DNA of 64,000 bases. Origin: Vitrella brassicaformis CCMP3155 (lineage: Eukaryota > Protista > Chromerida). This document shows positions 12,289 through 23,400 of the stretch, one piece after another. Location: contig CDMY01000430.1 of the NCBI GenBank assembly GCA_001179505.1, positions 1 to 64,000 of the forward strand, written 5' to 3'. The notes beneath the pieces are model-generated. The model made no database searches. It was given only the letters and a program-made list of their open reading frames with translations, and had not been told where the DNA came from. Numbering within the stretch: position 1 is the first letter of the stretch; each line of letters opens with the position of its first letter. The position numbers were made by a program, and so were the translations under genes.

Positions 12289-12968
12289 AGTTACTGATGG
12301 GCGTATCGGTGGCCCTCCACGACTGCTACGCTCTTGCCCGTATTGCACCGTTTTTCATTTCTTGTCTCACATGTGGGTGCCACCTGTTGAGGATGAGCTG
12401 CACATTCTTTTCTACTGTCCGCTCTACAGCTCTGCACGAGGGGAAGTATTCCGTGTTGTTCGCATGTACGGCCTTGCGGCGCCTGATGGCAAGGTTTACT
12501 TTCGATGGGATCTCAATTATTGTGATCCCCTTGTGTTTGCCTTTTTTTGCTCACCTCTCGCTCACTGCATGTGCATGAAGCGGTAGCCACTTTTCTACTT
12601 TCTGCGAAGGCCTCGCGCAAGCGGTGGGTTGCGTTGCATCCGGTGCTTCCTTCTCCTGACTTGTGATTTTCTATGGACTCACACAGACCCTTTCTTCGGG
12701 ACTCGCGAGTTTCACGAGCGTGGCACGCTCTTACGAAACAAAGTGTTCCTTTGTTTGTCCGTAATTGGGGCCAAGCTAGCAATTCCCTTCGGTTCCCTTG
12801 TGGGGGCTTCGCGCGAGCTTGGGGGCTTTGCATGCATTGCGAAACGCATTTGCGAACGCGTAGCGAGTCCCGCCAGCCCGACGGAGGAGGGAAATTTCAT
12901 TGCGTACCCCTTCGGGGGGCCGGGGGGCAAGGTCCCCGTGAGGTTAACGAACGAACGAACGAACGAAC

Positions 12969-13266
12969 ACCAGACACTAAACCAGTGATCGCCAGCGGCG
13001 AGTAGCCGAGCCTTAGGGTAGACAAAAGGCAGTTGGGCACTGTCCGAAGCATTTTGCGGCGATTCTTGAAGATCTGGGGAAGCTGAAGGAAGAGGTGCTT
13101 GCTTGTGAACGGCGAGGCTGGCCCAGAAACCAAATGTCGGGTGCACTTGTGTGTGACTGAAGACAGGGCGCAGACAGCGAAGGGAGGTGGTGATGCGGAC
13201 GACGCAATGTCGCCCCCTCCCCCTTGAATGGGGGAGGGGGCTGCAAAAGATCAGCTTCCATGAGTC
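12969..13266 (-). repeat. H repeat, copy 2
   Basis: Inverted homolog of 7401-7660 with the same 12-bp hairpin (13212-13241). Confidence 0.85.
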
Positions 13267-13340
13267 AGTAGTCACAGGCAGAATAGAGCGCGTCGACTAC
13301 AGACCGATTGAAGGCAATGATGGCTGTCATGTAGGACTCC

Positions 13341-14085
13341 GGCACACAGATCTACTCGTCTGAGTGCTCCTGTGTCTGCCTGGCAGGTGTGTTGTTGAGC
13401 CGCATTGCCGCCCTCTCTATTGCCAGGTGGGCCGATGGCCGTCAAGCAGCATTCTGGCACGCAGATCTACTCGTCTGAGTGCTCCTGTGTCTGCCTGGCA
13501 GGTGTGTTGTTGAGCCGCATTGCCGCCCTCTCTATTGCCAGGTGGGCCGATGGCCGTCAAGCAGCATTCTGGCACGCAGATCTACTCGTCTGAGTGCTCC
13601 TGTGTCTGCCTGGCAGGTGTTGTGTTGAGCCGCATTGCCGCCCTCTCTATTGCCAGGTGGGCCGATGGCCGTCAAGCAGCATTCTGACACGCAGATCTAC
13701 TCGTCTGAGTGCTCCTGTGTCTGCCTAGCAGGTGTGCTGTTGAGTCGCATTGCCGCCCTCTCTATTGCCAGGTGGGCCGATGGCCGTCAAGCAGCATTCT
13801 GGCACGCAGATCTACTCGTCTGAGTGCTCCTGCGTCTGCCTGGCAGGTGTGTTGTTGAGCCGCATTGCCGCCCTCTCTATTGCCAGGTGAGCCGATGGCC
13901 GTCACGCAGCATTCTGGCACGCAGATCTACTCGTCTGAGTGCTCCTGTGTCTGCCTGGCAGGTGTGTTGTTGAGTCGCATTGCCGCCCTCTCTATTGCCA
14001 GGTGAGCCGATGGCCGTCAAGCAGCATTCTGGCACGCAGATCTACTCGTCTGAGTGCTCCTGCGTCTGCCTGGCAGGTGTGTTGA
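13341..14085. repeat. 115-bp tandem satellite, ~6.5 copies (1.5 more copies after the gap, 14873-15060)
   Basis: Unit starts at 13341, 13456, 13571, 13686, 13801, 13916, 14031. Units are near-identical and have no variable spacers. Confidence 0.95.
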
Positions 14086-14872
14086 TGTTTCGTTTGGCCG
14101 CATTGCAGGCTTCTCTCACCGTGCTGATGGCCGCGCCGCAGTATTCCAGCTTATACACATACGCTCCCACATATGTGCTCCGGTATGCGGGTCCTCCCGC
14201 ATTCATGTGTGTGCGCCATTGATTAGTGCATTCATAGCATGTGAGCACAAAGTTTTTGTCATGCCCATGCTTGTGTGTGTCCTTGCGTGTTTTATTGTTA
14301 GTTGATACGTCGACTGATGGGAATGCAGTGAGTGTATATACAGCGCACAGGGCATGTTGAGCGGGTCAGCTAGATATGGGTCAGAAGGATAGAAGTGCGA
14401 GAGATGTCTGACTTCAAGTTGGTCTCCGCCGTCCCTACCGAAAGAGCCCCCGGGGGGCTAAAGGTCTGTTGGAGCCGGTCCGCCGCTCCTCGCCCTTGCT
14501 TGTGTCGCACCAGTAGCGGTGGGATACCGGTGGTGTAGCATTCATATTGTGTCTTTCTTGGCCGTTTATCCCNNNNNNNNNNNNNNNNNNNNNNNNNNNN
14601 NNNNNNNNNNNNNNNNNNNNNNNNNNNNNNNNNNNNNNNNNNNNNNNNNNNNNNNNNNNNNNNNNNNNNNNNNNNNNNNNNNNNNNNNNNNNNNNNNNNN
14701 NNNNNNNNNNNNNNNNNNNNNNNNNNNNNNNNNNNNNNNNNNNNNNNNNNNNNNNNNNNNNNNNNNNNNNNNNNNNNNNNNNNNNNNNNNNNNNNNNNNN
14801 NNNNNNNNNNNNNNNNNNNNNNNNNNNNNNNNNNNNNNNNNNNNNNNNNNNNNNNNNNNNNNNNNNNNNNNN

Positions 14873-15545
14873 CGTCAAGCAGCATTCTGGCACGCAGATC
14901 TACTCGTCTGAGTGCTCCTGTGTCTGCCTGGCAGGTGTGTTGTTGAGTCGCATTGCCGCCCTCTCTATTGCCAGGTGAGCCGATGGCCGTCAAGCAGCAT
15001 TCTGGCACGCAGATCTACTCGTCTGAGTGCTCCTGCGTCTGCCTGGCAGGTGTGTTGATGTTTCGTTTGGCCGCATTGCAGGCTTCTCTCACCGTGCTGA
15101 TGGCCGCGCCGCAGTATTCCAGCTTATACACATACGCTCCCACATATGTGCTCCGGTATGCGGGTCCTCCCGCATTCATGTGTGTGCGCCATTGATTAGT
15201 GCATTCATAGCATGTGAGCACAAAGTTTTTGTCATGCCCATGCTTGTGTGTGTCCTTGCGTGTTTTATTGTTAGTTGATACGTCGACTGATGGGAATGCA
15301 GTGAGTGTATATACAGCGCACAGGGCATGTTGAGCGGGTCAGCTAGATATGGGTCAGAAGGATAGAAGTGCGAGAGATGTCTGACTTCAAGTTGGTCTCC
15401 GCCGTCCCTACCGAAAGAGCCCCCGGGGGGCTAAAGGTCTGTTGGAGCCGGTCCGCCGCTCCTCGCCCTTGCTTGTGTCGCACCAGTAGCGGTGGGATAC
15501 CGGTGGTGTAGCATTCATATTGTGTCTTTCTTGGCCGTTTATCCC
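14873..15545. repeat. Near-exact direct duplicate of 13900-14572 across the gap (offset 973)
   Basis: The sequence and ORF track repeat identically on both sides of the N run. Probably overlapping contig ends. Confidence 0.85.
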
Positions 15546-15785
15546 AGTCTGTCTCCCGTCGTGCTTCTCTTCACGCCTCCCTTCCACTCGCCTTTTCCTA
15601 CCTGCCACGCCCTGTACCTGCCTTTTTTTTTACGGTGTCGCGCACGTCCCAAGCGGCAGGTCTTTTTTGCAGACCTGCCACGCTTACGATAAATGATGGG
15701 GGGGGGAGGGAGAAGATTGAGACAAACAGAAGATACCGTGTGTGAAAAAAACCGCAAAAGCAGAGAAACCAATGCGTTTCTCCTC

Positions 15786-16200
15786 GATGGGCCTGGCCGC
15801 GAACGCGGCTCGACGAACGGTTACGAGGGGGGAGGGGTCCCCGAGTAATGGGAGGCGATCGGGAAGGGACACCAGGCAAAATGTCGCACCAAAGTCGATT
15901 ATCCACACTAAACCAGTGATCGCGATTGGCCACGGGCTTAGGTTTAGGGTAGCTAATGAAAGAGAGGATGCAAGAGCCACAACGATTTAACTGTATTTTG
16001 CAAGGATCCGGGAAGAGCGGATGAAGAGGACTCAGTCATTAGCGGTAGGACTGGTCCAGAAGCCGAGAATCGACTGTTTTTGATGGGTGATTGCAGTGAA
16101 GGCACATCGTGTGAAGTCAGATGTTCGTGCGGACCATGCAATGTCGCCCCCTCCCCCTTGAACGGGGGAGGGGGCTGCAAAAGACAAGCTTCAATGGGTC
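15786..16200. repeat. Uninterrupted S+H repeat copy (empty target allele)
   Basis: 15786-15870 matches 8033-8113 and 15871-16200 matches 12969-13266. The junction GGGAC|ACCAG at 15870/15871 is contiguous here. Confidence 0.8.
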
Positions 16201-18309
16201 AATGTTCATCGGTAGGAGACAATATGGCAGTTGCACACTGGCACAAATTGCAGTTGGAAAGCCGTCTGAAGACTCGTTGTGCTGGGGGGAGGGGCAGACA
16301 GACAAAGTGGGGCCTTGCACGCGCGAGTACATGCCATGCAGAAAGCATGGTTGGTTGGTCATTGTGTTTAACGAGACTCGTGTCTGTAACCCCGAGGGGA
16401 TCCTGTCCAGGTCAAGCATGAATTCACCTCATGCTTACTCCTCGATCGACAAGGGCCACGGGTCGAGGAAAACTTGCGATTGGAACGAATGTTCTGAGTC
16501 GTTCGTTGGGAGATTAGAGGAGAATGTGGAGTGCGACCCATACCGCATGCACTCGGCGCTCAGAGGAGTGATCGTCTGAGCCTCTCGTGCTCCCTCAGCG
16601 GCTTCAGAATGTCTGGCGCTGGCTCACCGCCGACAGACAACAGTTTCCCATCGACTGGTACAGAAGCACCGCACACAACCGACAATCAGTCATTGTGCTT
16701 GACTCGCTCTCGCTCACCGAGGTTTCATCTGCTGTGCTGTGCTTTCCATGTGGGCCGTGTTGGCATTCAGCTGGTGTGCTGGGCTGTGCCCCGACGTGCC
16801 GACGACGACGCGGATCAGCATGACGTCAACGACCCGCAGACCTATCAGGACCTCGCGACGCCCATGCCGGAGACCAGACAGGAGAACGCCAACCTCTACT
16901 TATTCAGATCCAGGCTGTAGTATGCACAGCTGCACTATACACAAAAGAACGCATCGCATCGACTGTCTGGCTGTCTGTCAGTGGGCACACGCGGCACTTT
17001 GATCTCATTCCGTTCAGCACAAACTACGTCCCATTCGCGCAGGCGTACCGGCAGGAGCCTCTAAACGATGTTGCCAACGACGAGGATCGTTTGGTGGAAG
17101 CGGAAATGCACTAGCGGCAGAGGGCACTAAGGGACGCTCTGCAGATTTGGTGTGCGGCAGCAACAAGAAGCCGCCAACCATCATGCTGTGTAAAAGATGC
17201 GACAGCGGCTTCCATTCATCCGCCATGCGTCCCGGTGGACCACAGGCTGACCGCCGTGCCCGATATGCATAGTAAGAAAATGGATGCCACTCTTCAACGA
17301 CGACGTGCAACCTTTCTTTCGATTGCACTATGATCAGACGCCATGGCGCTGCCAGCCCCTCGTTCGTCGTCACCCTCGACCCGCCAGGTTGCCTCAGGCG
17401 CCCTCCCGATCTGTACTTGCCTGGCGAGCCCTTACACGCGGGGCTGGTGACGTCGCTGTGGGCACAATCAGCGATATCCCGATTAGCCGTCAGGGAAAGC
17501 ATGGGATGTGTGGATCACTGCCGTTGGACTGTGTGCCTGAAGATCCGTCAGCTGAGGCGTTTGGCCTTCTGACTTGTGTGGAGAAGAGGCGGCGGACGAG
17601 GAGTTCGCTGTCGGTGCCCGTCGCGCACAGTGACGTGCCGTTTACTGCCGACGGACCGGTGGAGGAGAAACGGATGAAGAGGATGAGATAGTTCAGCATG
17701 CGGGGATACACATATAGCATCGATTAAATATGTTTTTCTCTATGTGTGCACACAAGATACATGCATGTGTCGATCGGATGCGCCATGGGATGGATTTGAT
17801 GAGCTGGCGTTTTGCATTTGATGAGCTGCCAAGGCAAGGATAAGTAGAGCTCGACGTGTGGATTCAGCCGGGCCACGCCCACCAACTTGAGGTGGGCGGG
17901 GCCCGGCTGAGCCTCCATGCATGTCTCATCCTCTTCATAATGCGATTCCCCAGACAGTTTGACTTGAATAGAGAAGCAGTGCGTGTCTGCTTTCGCGGGT
18001 CTGTCCATGATGGTAGTGTTATACATAGTAGCGTGTCTTGTGTGTCTGAACAAACAGCTCTCGTGTCTGTTCATGATGTTGTTACTGTACATGCTGACTT
18101 GTCTTGTGTCTCGGAACAGACGGCTCTTTTGAAGCTCTTTTGAAGGGCTGTCGACGCTTCATATATTGCATACCCCTTGAGGTTCCGGTGGCGTGTTCCC
18201 AGCGTAAGTTGGTTTCCTTCCATTATTATTCCCCAACCCCTAGACCTTCCTGCTAGATTCTCCCCCCCGATCTTCCTCGTGTTTTGTCCTTCCCTAACTC
18301 GCTTGACAC

Positions 18310-18487
18310 AATAAGGCCGGTGCCCTTATTCTACCAGCATGTCAGTTTTCACAACGGCTACCCTAAAGACTGCTCAATTCTAGAACACGGGGGAGATGCT
18401 GACATCTCCCTCCCTTCATCAGCGCAGCGGTATATCTCCCCAGTAGCTAACCGTACAAGAAACCCTAAGGTACACATTTAGGGTTTC
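18310..18487. other. Cluster of three perfect hairpins, the last made of telomere-like sequence
   Basis: AATAAGG/CCTTATT (18310-18330), GGGAGATG/CATCTCCC (18391-18410), GAAACCCTAA/TTAGGGTTTC (18459-18487). Confidence 0.7.
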
Positions 18488-18607
18488 CTTTTCGGCTTCA
18501 TGGTGACGTCAAGCGCCCGCTGGTGGTTCGAACGGTGTGCTTCTCGAGTCGCGCGGCACAGTATCTCGCGAGCACAGCGGAATTCGATCAAGATCTATGG
18601 GACATTC

Positions 18608-18628
18608 AAACCCTAAACCCTAAACCCT
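18608..18628. repeat. Interstitial telomere-type repeat (AAACCCT)3
   Basis: Three exact copies of the TTTAGGG complement. Confidence 0.8.
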
Positions 18629-18633
18629 GACCT

Positions 18634-19640
18634 ATGAAGACGTGCGCCGAGGTGGCGTTGTCAACCTTATCACTTTGCCCGCTCCAGCTTGAGCTCCTCG
18701 GGATCCACGGCCGCCGGAGGCGGCCGGCACATGCTCTTCAGTGTCATTTCATGCCACCCTGTAGCATTCCCTCCCTTCATGTGCTGGGCTCCGAACAGCA
18801 CCATTATCGGCTGCAGGGTGTGGAAGGCGCATGAACATGAGACATAATCCATCACACATCAACACATCCGCTGAGTGATGCACCTCGGCTCAGCTACATG
18901 ACGTTCGCAGCACCTCGCGAGTGTGCTTCCCGGCCTGGGGTCCGTATCGTCGAGTGGCTCCCCCGACCGTTTGTAAACACTGTAGGTGCGGGCTTAGCTC
19001 CCTTCATTCGCCTCAGGATGATATCCCCTCAGCTATCCCTCGGGTACGTAGCCTCACAGAAACCCATTGTGGTCACTCACTATCCTTCATCATGCAACAA
19101 CACGATGGCGACTCTGCTGTTCAGGCAAGGCGATGGCCTCCGACTTCTTGCTGTTCTGTTTCTGACCAGTGTTCGGGTGCCTGGCTCCCCCTTGCCTCGG
19201 CTCCTCTTCTCCTCTGCTCCTCCTTGTGATGCGCGTCCTCATCAACGGTGATGGTCGTGGGCGTCCCGCCTTCACCTTCCAGCATCATCGCATCGCCATC
19301 TCAACAACAACACATAAGGTGAGCCCCCCCAGTCATTGTCAGGAGATCTGTGCGCTCAAATCGCCCTCTGTCTGTCTGTGTCGTTTCAGGGCTCTTCGGA
19401 GCTGGGATTCACAGTGCCTACAAGCCTGTCTAACGCAATGGCGTCAAGGACAGAGTGTCCAAGCGATACAGCGCCAAGGGGAGGTGATCAAAGTGATGGC
19501 TGGGCGAGCTTCATGCTACCGAGGCGAAGTAGCATCCCAGCAGCAGACGCGGCTCCAGCACCGAGACGAGTTGGTGTGAAATCGCGCGTCAGATCACCGA
19601 CGACCCCGAAGGCGTGCCGCCCTTCTTCTCTTCCCGTCTT
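18634..19640 (+). pseudogene. Possible degenerate APE-type endonuclease region of a LINE
   Basis: Fragments VGAGLAPFIR, LFLTSVRVP and LSGDLCAQI fall in the order expected for GGGVAIFV, xVYxP and GDFNA. They are in different frames and the match is weak. Confidence 0.3.
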
Positions 19641-20040
19641 CCATCATGCTGACTGACATGGTTGGTACACCGAATCTCTATCGTGGCCACAGTCGGACTG
19701 CCTCTATCCGACTGCAGGTGTGGCTTGATTTGGCTGCCACTGTTATCTCCTGAGTGTGCTCACTCCCTCATGACACGTAAGCACATACACGCACATGCAC
19801 AAACACGCACACATACACGAACACGAACACATACATGAACACGTATCCTCCTCTCTCTCGCAGGTAGACGTGTTGTGAAAGGCGACGCAGGGCGTCCATC
19901 GTCAATGTCCATGCTTACTCGCTCACAAGCACGTCATGCCGCTTCGGACCCTACGTCTTTCCCAACTACACACTCTACCTACCCGCACGGGGCACCACTG
20001 AGCCGACACACACTTCCACGTAGGTCCCGGCTGGGAACAG

Positions 20041-20483
20041 TGTAGCACTAACCCTTAACTCAGGGCTCAGCAAGAGTCCTGCCTTGCCAACGTCCCCAGG
20101 CCGTTTGTTAGTGCGTCCCTGCCACTCCTGTGCATGCCTCCGTCGCGCTCTTCCTACCTTCCCCGTGCGTAATCATGTAATCATGCAATCATGTAATCAT
20201 ACAACCCCAACTTACTCTTACCAGCGGACACTTGCTTTGTCATGTAGTCACGCACCCTCAGCAGCAACACAGGTACACACACATACACATGCAACACACA
20301 CGTAACGCACCCCCCACACGCATTCATGCACAAAGAGAGAAGGATGCTGTGGCTGCTGTTGTTGTTATCTCTCAGGTAGTGTTTCAAGAGTGCTGGGAAC
20401 TCGTCAGTCCATGCGCTGGATCGGTTGCCATGCTGTGCCGCCAGATGGAGCAGGCACAGCCGGATCGTCACGCTCTCTCTCCC
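20041..20483 (-). mobile_element. Polypurine tract and probable 3' LTR of the Gypsy element
   Basis: The minus-strand PPT GGGAGAGAGAGCG (20471-20483) is followed by TGACG at 20470. The far end is uncertain (20041 or ~19650). No matching 5' LTR was found. Confidence 0.45.
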
Positions 20484-23400
20484 ATTGGTAATTCCGAAGG
20501 AAGCTAGCCAAAGGAATCGTCTGCTTCCGTCCTGCGAGACTCTCCTTCTTTAGTCTCTTTGTGCGCGTCGGTTCCTTCAGGTATTGTATCTGTATGCCTT
20601 CCTTGTCCAACCTCGTCACCTTGACAGTGTGCTCGCGACTGAGCTCCTTTACATGGCGGACTTGCACCACAGAATACAACGCGGGAAAGAGCGAAGCATG
20701 CTCGTCCAGGTCAGGCACGTTTTCACTATTCTCGTATTCCTGTACGAGCTCTGTGCAAGTGAGGTTCTCTTCGTCTTCCCAGGTTGAATGCGAGAGCGGA
20801 TACCAGCGCCATTTGAGCTTGTACTGCACCTTGCCGTGGTGCGTCCTCTTGCCGATGACCTGCTCGACTTCGTATCGATCGCCACGCTCAAATCGCTGGT
20901 CTGGTTGGACGTCTCTGAGGCTCGGGTCATGTGCTATCGGGTCGAATGTGGTCTCTGATGCTCTCTGCGTTCGAGCTGTCGGCACGGGGTCTTCCTGGAG
21001 GACAAAATCCTTCAAGACACGCTCTTGCCCAGGCGACAAAAATGCGCCCTGATTGAAGATTGTCTGCCTCCTGTCCCTCTTCAGGTCGCTTTCCTTCACA
21101 TCAATTCCGTCCTCTGGTGGTGGCGCTTCCTCGTCTTCTGGTGGTGGTGCTCTCTTCAGCCGATCGACATTGATGCTCCTCGCCTTTTGATCGCCACACA
21201 CACGGACCTTGTAGGTGACTGGTCCTTTCTTCTCCTGGACGATGCCGACTGTCCGCCAAGGTGAGGCCAGCTTCCTGCTGAGACCCTTAGGCACTTGGTC
21301 ATTGTATATGCGCACTCTGTCTTCTTCCTGGAATTGCCTTGGTGCAGGCAATTCTTTCTCGCGTTCAGCGGCTTGCTGCTTCTTCTTGCTCATCATCTCA
21401 CGAGCTTTCTTGTGGACCGCTTGAAGACCCTCTTTTATCACCTCGACGGCTTCCTTTACGTCGATTGGCTCTGCATTCCTCGCGAACAAGCCTTGCCGTG
21501 CTGCTCGGATGCACCGCTTCTCGGCCGTACAGCATCTTGAATGGCGTGAATCCTGTGGACTCATGCTCTGTCGTACGATACGCGTACAAGGCCAAGGGAA
21601 TCACTTTGTCCCAGTTGGTTTGCTCCTTATTGAGATACGGACGTATCCAATCCTTCGTGTACGGTTGAAGCGTTCGATCAGCCCATTGGCCTGCGGATGC
21701 CTTGCTGATGTTGTTGTGTGCTTGATGTGCAGCTTGGCCGTCACTTCGCGCATCACATCATTGACGAAGTGCGAGCCATTATCAGTGATTATCTCACCGA
21801 TCTTCCCGTGCCTCGCTATCATATCCATGAGCGCTTCGATTACGTCCTCGCCAGTCGGGCCGGTGCCAGGAGCCTTCGAAAACGTGAAGACTTCTGGCCA
21901 CTTGGTAAAGGTATCTTGGACGGTGAACGCAAACGACTTCTCGTCCAGAGAGATCGGCAGGGCACCGATGAAATCCATCGTCACTTTTTGGAATGGCCTT
22001 TCGGCCGATGCTGTCTGGATGCTTGCTCTCTTGCTTGCCAACAGCTTCCATTTGCTTTGACACTTCTGACATGCCTCTGTATGCTTCCGAAGGTCCGTAT
22101 ACATACCAGGCCAATAGTATTGTTGCGCCATTCGTTTGTATGCTCTCTCGACTGCCAGGTGGCCGCCGAAGATGTGCTCATGATGCAGCGTCAGCGCCTC
22201 CTTTCTCAGTGACGTGGGCACGAGCAGGACTGGACCATGCTCTTGGCGTCTCGACACGATCGATACAAGCCCATTATGTAAGCACACGTCGGCGAGCCTT
22301 GGCCAGTATGCTCTGGGAATGGCATCGCGCAGCTGATCGAGCTCTACGTTGGCTGCTTCTCTCTCCTGTGCCCTCAGGTATGCCTTGACGCGCGAGACCT
22401 CGGCACATTGGTCTTGGGCCTTCTTGATCTCATCGAGATAGAACAGCTGACTGACAGGCATGGACCTTAGCTCAACCGCATTGATATTGGCGTCAACCGA
22501 TTGCGACCCAACAGCACCCAACTGATATGCCTCTTCGTCACTCGCCAGAGGTATGTACTCAGTGTTTTTCTGCATGCCAGAAGGCCGTGACATTGCATCC
22601 ACGTCTCCATGTTGTGCTCCAGGTCGGTGGCGAAAGACGAAGTCGTAGTCTTGCAACATCCCTGACCATCTATTGAGCTTGCGGTTACTTCCTTCCGCGT
22701 GTTTCAACGCTCTCAACGCGTGATGGTCAGATACCAACTCAAATCGCCGTCCAAACAGGTAGGGACGGAAATAGCGCACGAAGACAAAGATGGCGAACGC
22801 TTCTCTCTCTGTGGCCGACCACTTGCGCTCAGGAACGGCAAGGACGCGGCTCACGCAATGGATCGGTCTTTCGTGCCCTTTGTCGTCTCGCTGGCAGAGG
22901 ATTGCTCCAATCGCATAGTCACTCGCGTCTGTCTTGAGCACGAATGGCTTCGAAAAGTCAGGCAACACCAGCACAGGTGCTTCCGTCAGCAGTGCATCTC
23001 GCTGGGCGTCGCCCCACTCAAATGGCACGTCTTTCTTCGTAAGGTCAGTGAGTGGTCGAGCCAGCTTAGCGTAGCCATGCACAAATCGCTTGTAAAACTG
23101 CAGACCCCCAAGGACACTGCGCAGCTCTTTTTGGTTCGTTGGTTCAGGCTGGTTGATCATGCCCTCGACCTTCTTTGGGTCGGCTTCCAGTCCGTCTCGA
23201 GAGAATGAAGCCAAGTACGGATATCTTGCGCGCGAAAAAGGTGCACTTGCTTGGCTTCACTTTGATGTTGCTTGCCTGCAGCAGTCGGAAGACCTCAAGG
23301 ATGTGGCTGCAGTGATCCTCAAAGGTGCGTGAGAAGATCACTATGTCATCGACATACACAAACGCACTCTTCCAAAGCACTGGTGCTAATGCCTTGTCCA

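Larger units (their letters stand above)
9266..12968 (+). mobile_element. 5'-truncated degenerate non-LTR retrotransposon (LINE, possibly RTE/RTEX-like) with 3' UTR and AAC(GAAC)5 tail
   Basis: RT motifs NYRGIHLL, QAGFRK, FVDFR*AFDSVNR, GVKQGDVLGPLLF, YADDL, FRYLG. C-terminal RRVLFAFRTG and CPYC...VEDELHILFYCPLY. Several stops and frameshifts. Ends in a stem-loop plus GAAC tail. Confidence 0.9.

Noticed and set aside
13341-14085. CRISPR array
   Set aside because: The units are wholly repeated 115-mers with no unique spacers, there are no cas genes, and the context is eukaryotic.
14873-15545. Real 973-bp segmental duplication
   Set aside because: The near-exact copy abuts an N gap, so overlapping contig ends are the simpler explanation.
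18150-18490. Telomerase RNA gene
   Set aside because: The template-like AAACCCTAA is locked in a terminal stem, and internal TTTT runs would stop Pol III.
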